Assembly: GCF_020745735.1 (NCBI RefSeq)
Contig: NC_083410.1
Span: forward strand, 55,216,117 to 55,280,116
DNA: 64,000 nucleotides
Source of the DNA: Hemiscyllium ocellatum
Lineage: Eukaryota
Direction: 5' to 3'
The notes beneath the pieces are model-generated. The model was not told the origin of the DNA, searched no databases, and was given only the letters and a program-made list of their open reading frames with translations. The position numbers were made by a program, and so were the translations under genes. This document shows, piece by piece, positions 63,249 to 64,000 of this stretch (position 1 is its first letter; every line of letters starts with the position of its first letter).

Positions 63249-63390
63249 TGTAACAAGTTCTCCATCTGTAGCATGTGGATAGTCCAAAACACAGACAGCA
63301 TTCAAAATTTACAGAAATACGTGGAGAGAAAAAGAGAAACCCACACAGGATCTTGTCTCTTGAGCATTTCTACAGTTTCCAACCTGTGTT
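63249..63390 (-). other. Candidate spliced exon (non-coding, or 5'UTR plus start)
   Basis: Strong acceptor tttttttttctctctgcag| and donor ACA|gtaagt 142 nt apart in non-repetitive DNA. All three frames contain stops. Confidence 0.35.
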
Positions 63391-64000
63391 CTGCAGAGAG
63401 AAAAAAAAAGCTTCTTAAACACAGAGCTTTAGCTAGCTTGTCTCATGGCACTCCCTCTCCAACTAACCAGTTACTCTAAATATTGTTGTGATGTATGACT
63501 TTTAAGTCCTTCAAATGATTCCTTCAAGAGAGTTCCTGATGAGAAAGAAAGCTATTGAAATGAAGTCAGGCTTCAGAATATTTTGCAACACAAATTTTTA
63601 ACTGCAATTCGTAGGAGCTGTGATTTCAAATCATAGGAATATGGCTTCAGTCTTTTTATGAATCGATCCATAATGTCTTTCTTTATATGTAAAGCAATAT
63701 GTAAAAATATATAATGAGACATAATGATCATTGAAAATATATAATGAAATGTGAAACAAAAGCAGAAATGATGGAAATACAAGAATATCTCAAAGGGAGA
63801 GACTGGCTGCGTATTATATATACACCTTTTATCAAGTTAAATTGTTTTTTCAGACACCAATGTATTATTCTAACATCATAACTTGAACTGTGTCCCCTTC
63901 CTCAGTTGAAATTCTGAGTGCCAGTTTATAAAACATGGGCAATTCAGCAGTGAGGAAAGCTTTCCATCTACAGTCAGCAAGCAATGCAGCAGGTACAGGT

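Noticed and set aside
1-64000. CRISPR arrays, rRNA, operons or other prokaryotic systems
   Set aside because: The sequence is vertebrate and repeat-rich. There is no regularly spaced repeat-spacer array and no dense coding.

Overview
Vertebrate genomic DNA, very probably from an elasmobranch (shark or ray), judged from eight HE1-type tRNA-derived SINEs and matching CR1 (HER1-like) LINE tails. The window looks intronic or intergenic and is dominated by repeats. I recognise no host protein-coding gene and see only a few splice-site-bounded exon candidates. Mobile elements: (1) a young, 5'-truncated Penelope-like element (PLE) with a nearly intact RT + GIY-YIG ORF at 33565-35806 (-); (2) other PLE fragments from at least three families and about 15 short PLE-terminus insertions, many of them fold-back hairpins with 12-17 bp target-site duplications (TSDs); (3) a 3.25 kb 5'-truncated Tx1/L1-clade retrotransposon with a 21 bp TSD; (4) many CR1 fragments, including an ORF1 esterase remnant; (5) an old Vingi/Ingi-like RT remnant; (6) two decayed Harbinger-like transposons; (7) two TA-flanked Tc1/pogo-type MITEs; (8) a ~750 bp fold-back element at the window start. 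The signal the ORF track misses is a set of minimal hammerhead ribozyme motifs (CUGAUGA..GAAA..UH) in three sequence-distinct PLE families, spread through the window by the short hairpin insertions. All family names come from motif recognition by eye, not from database searches, and the boundaries of old elements are approximate.
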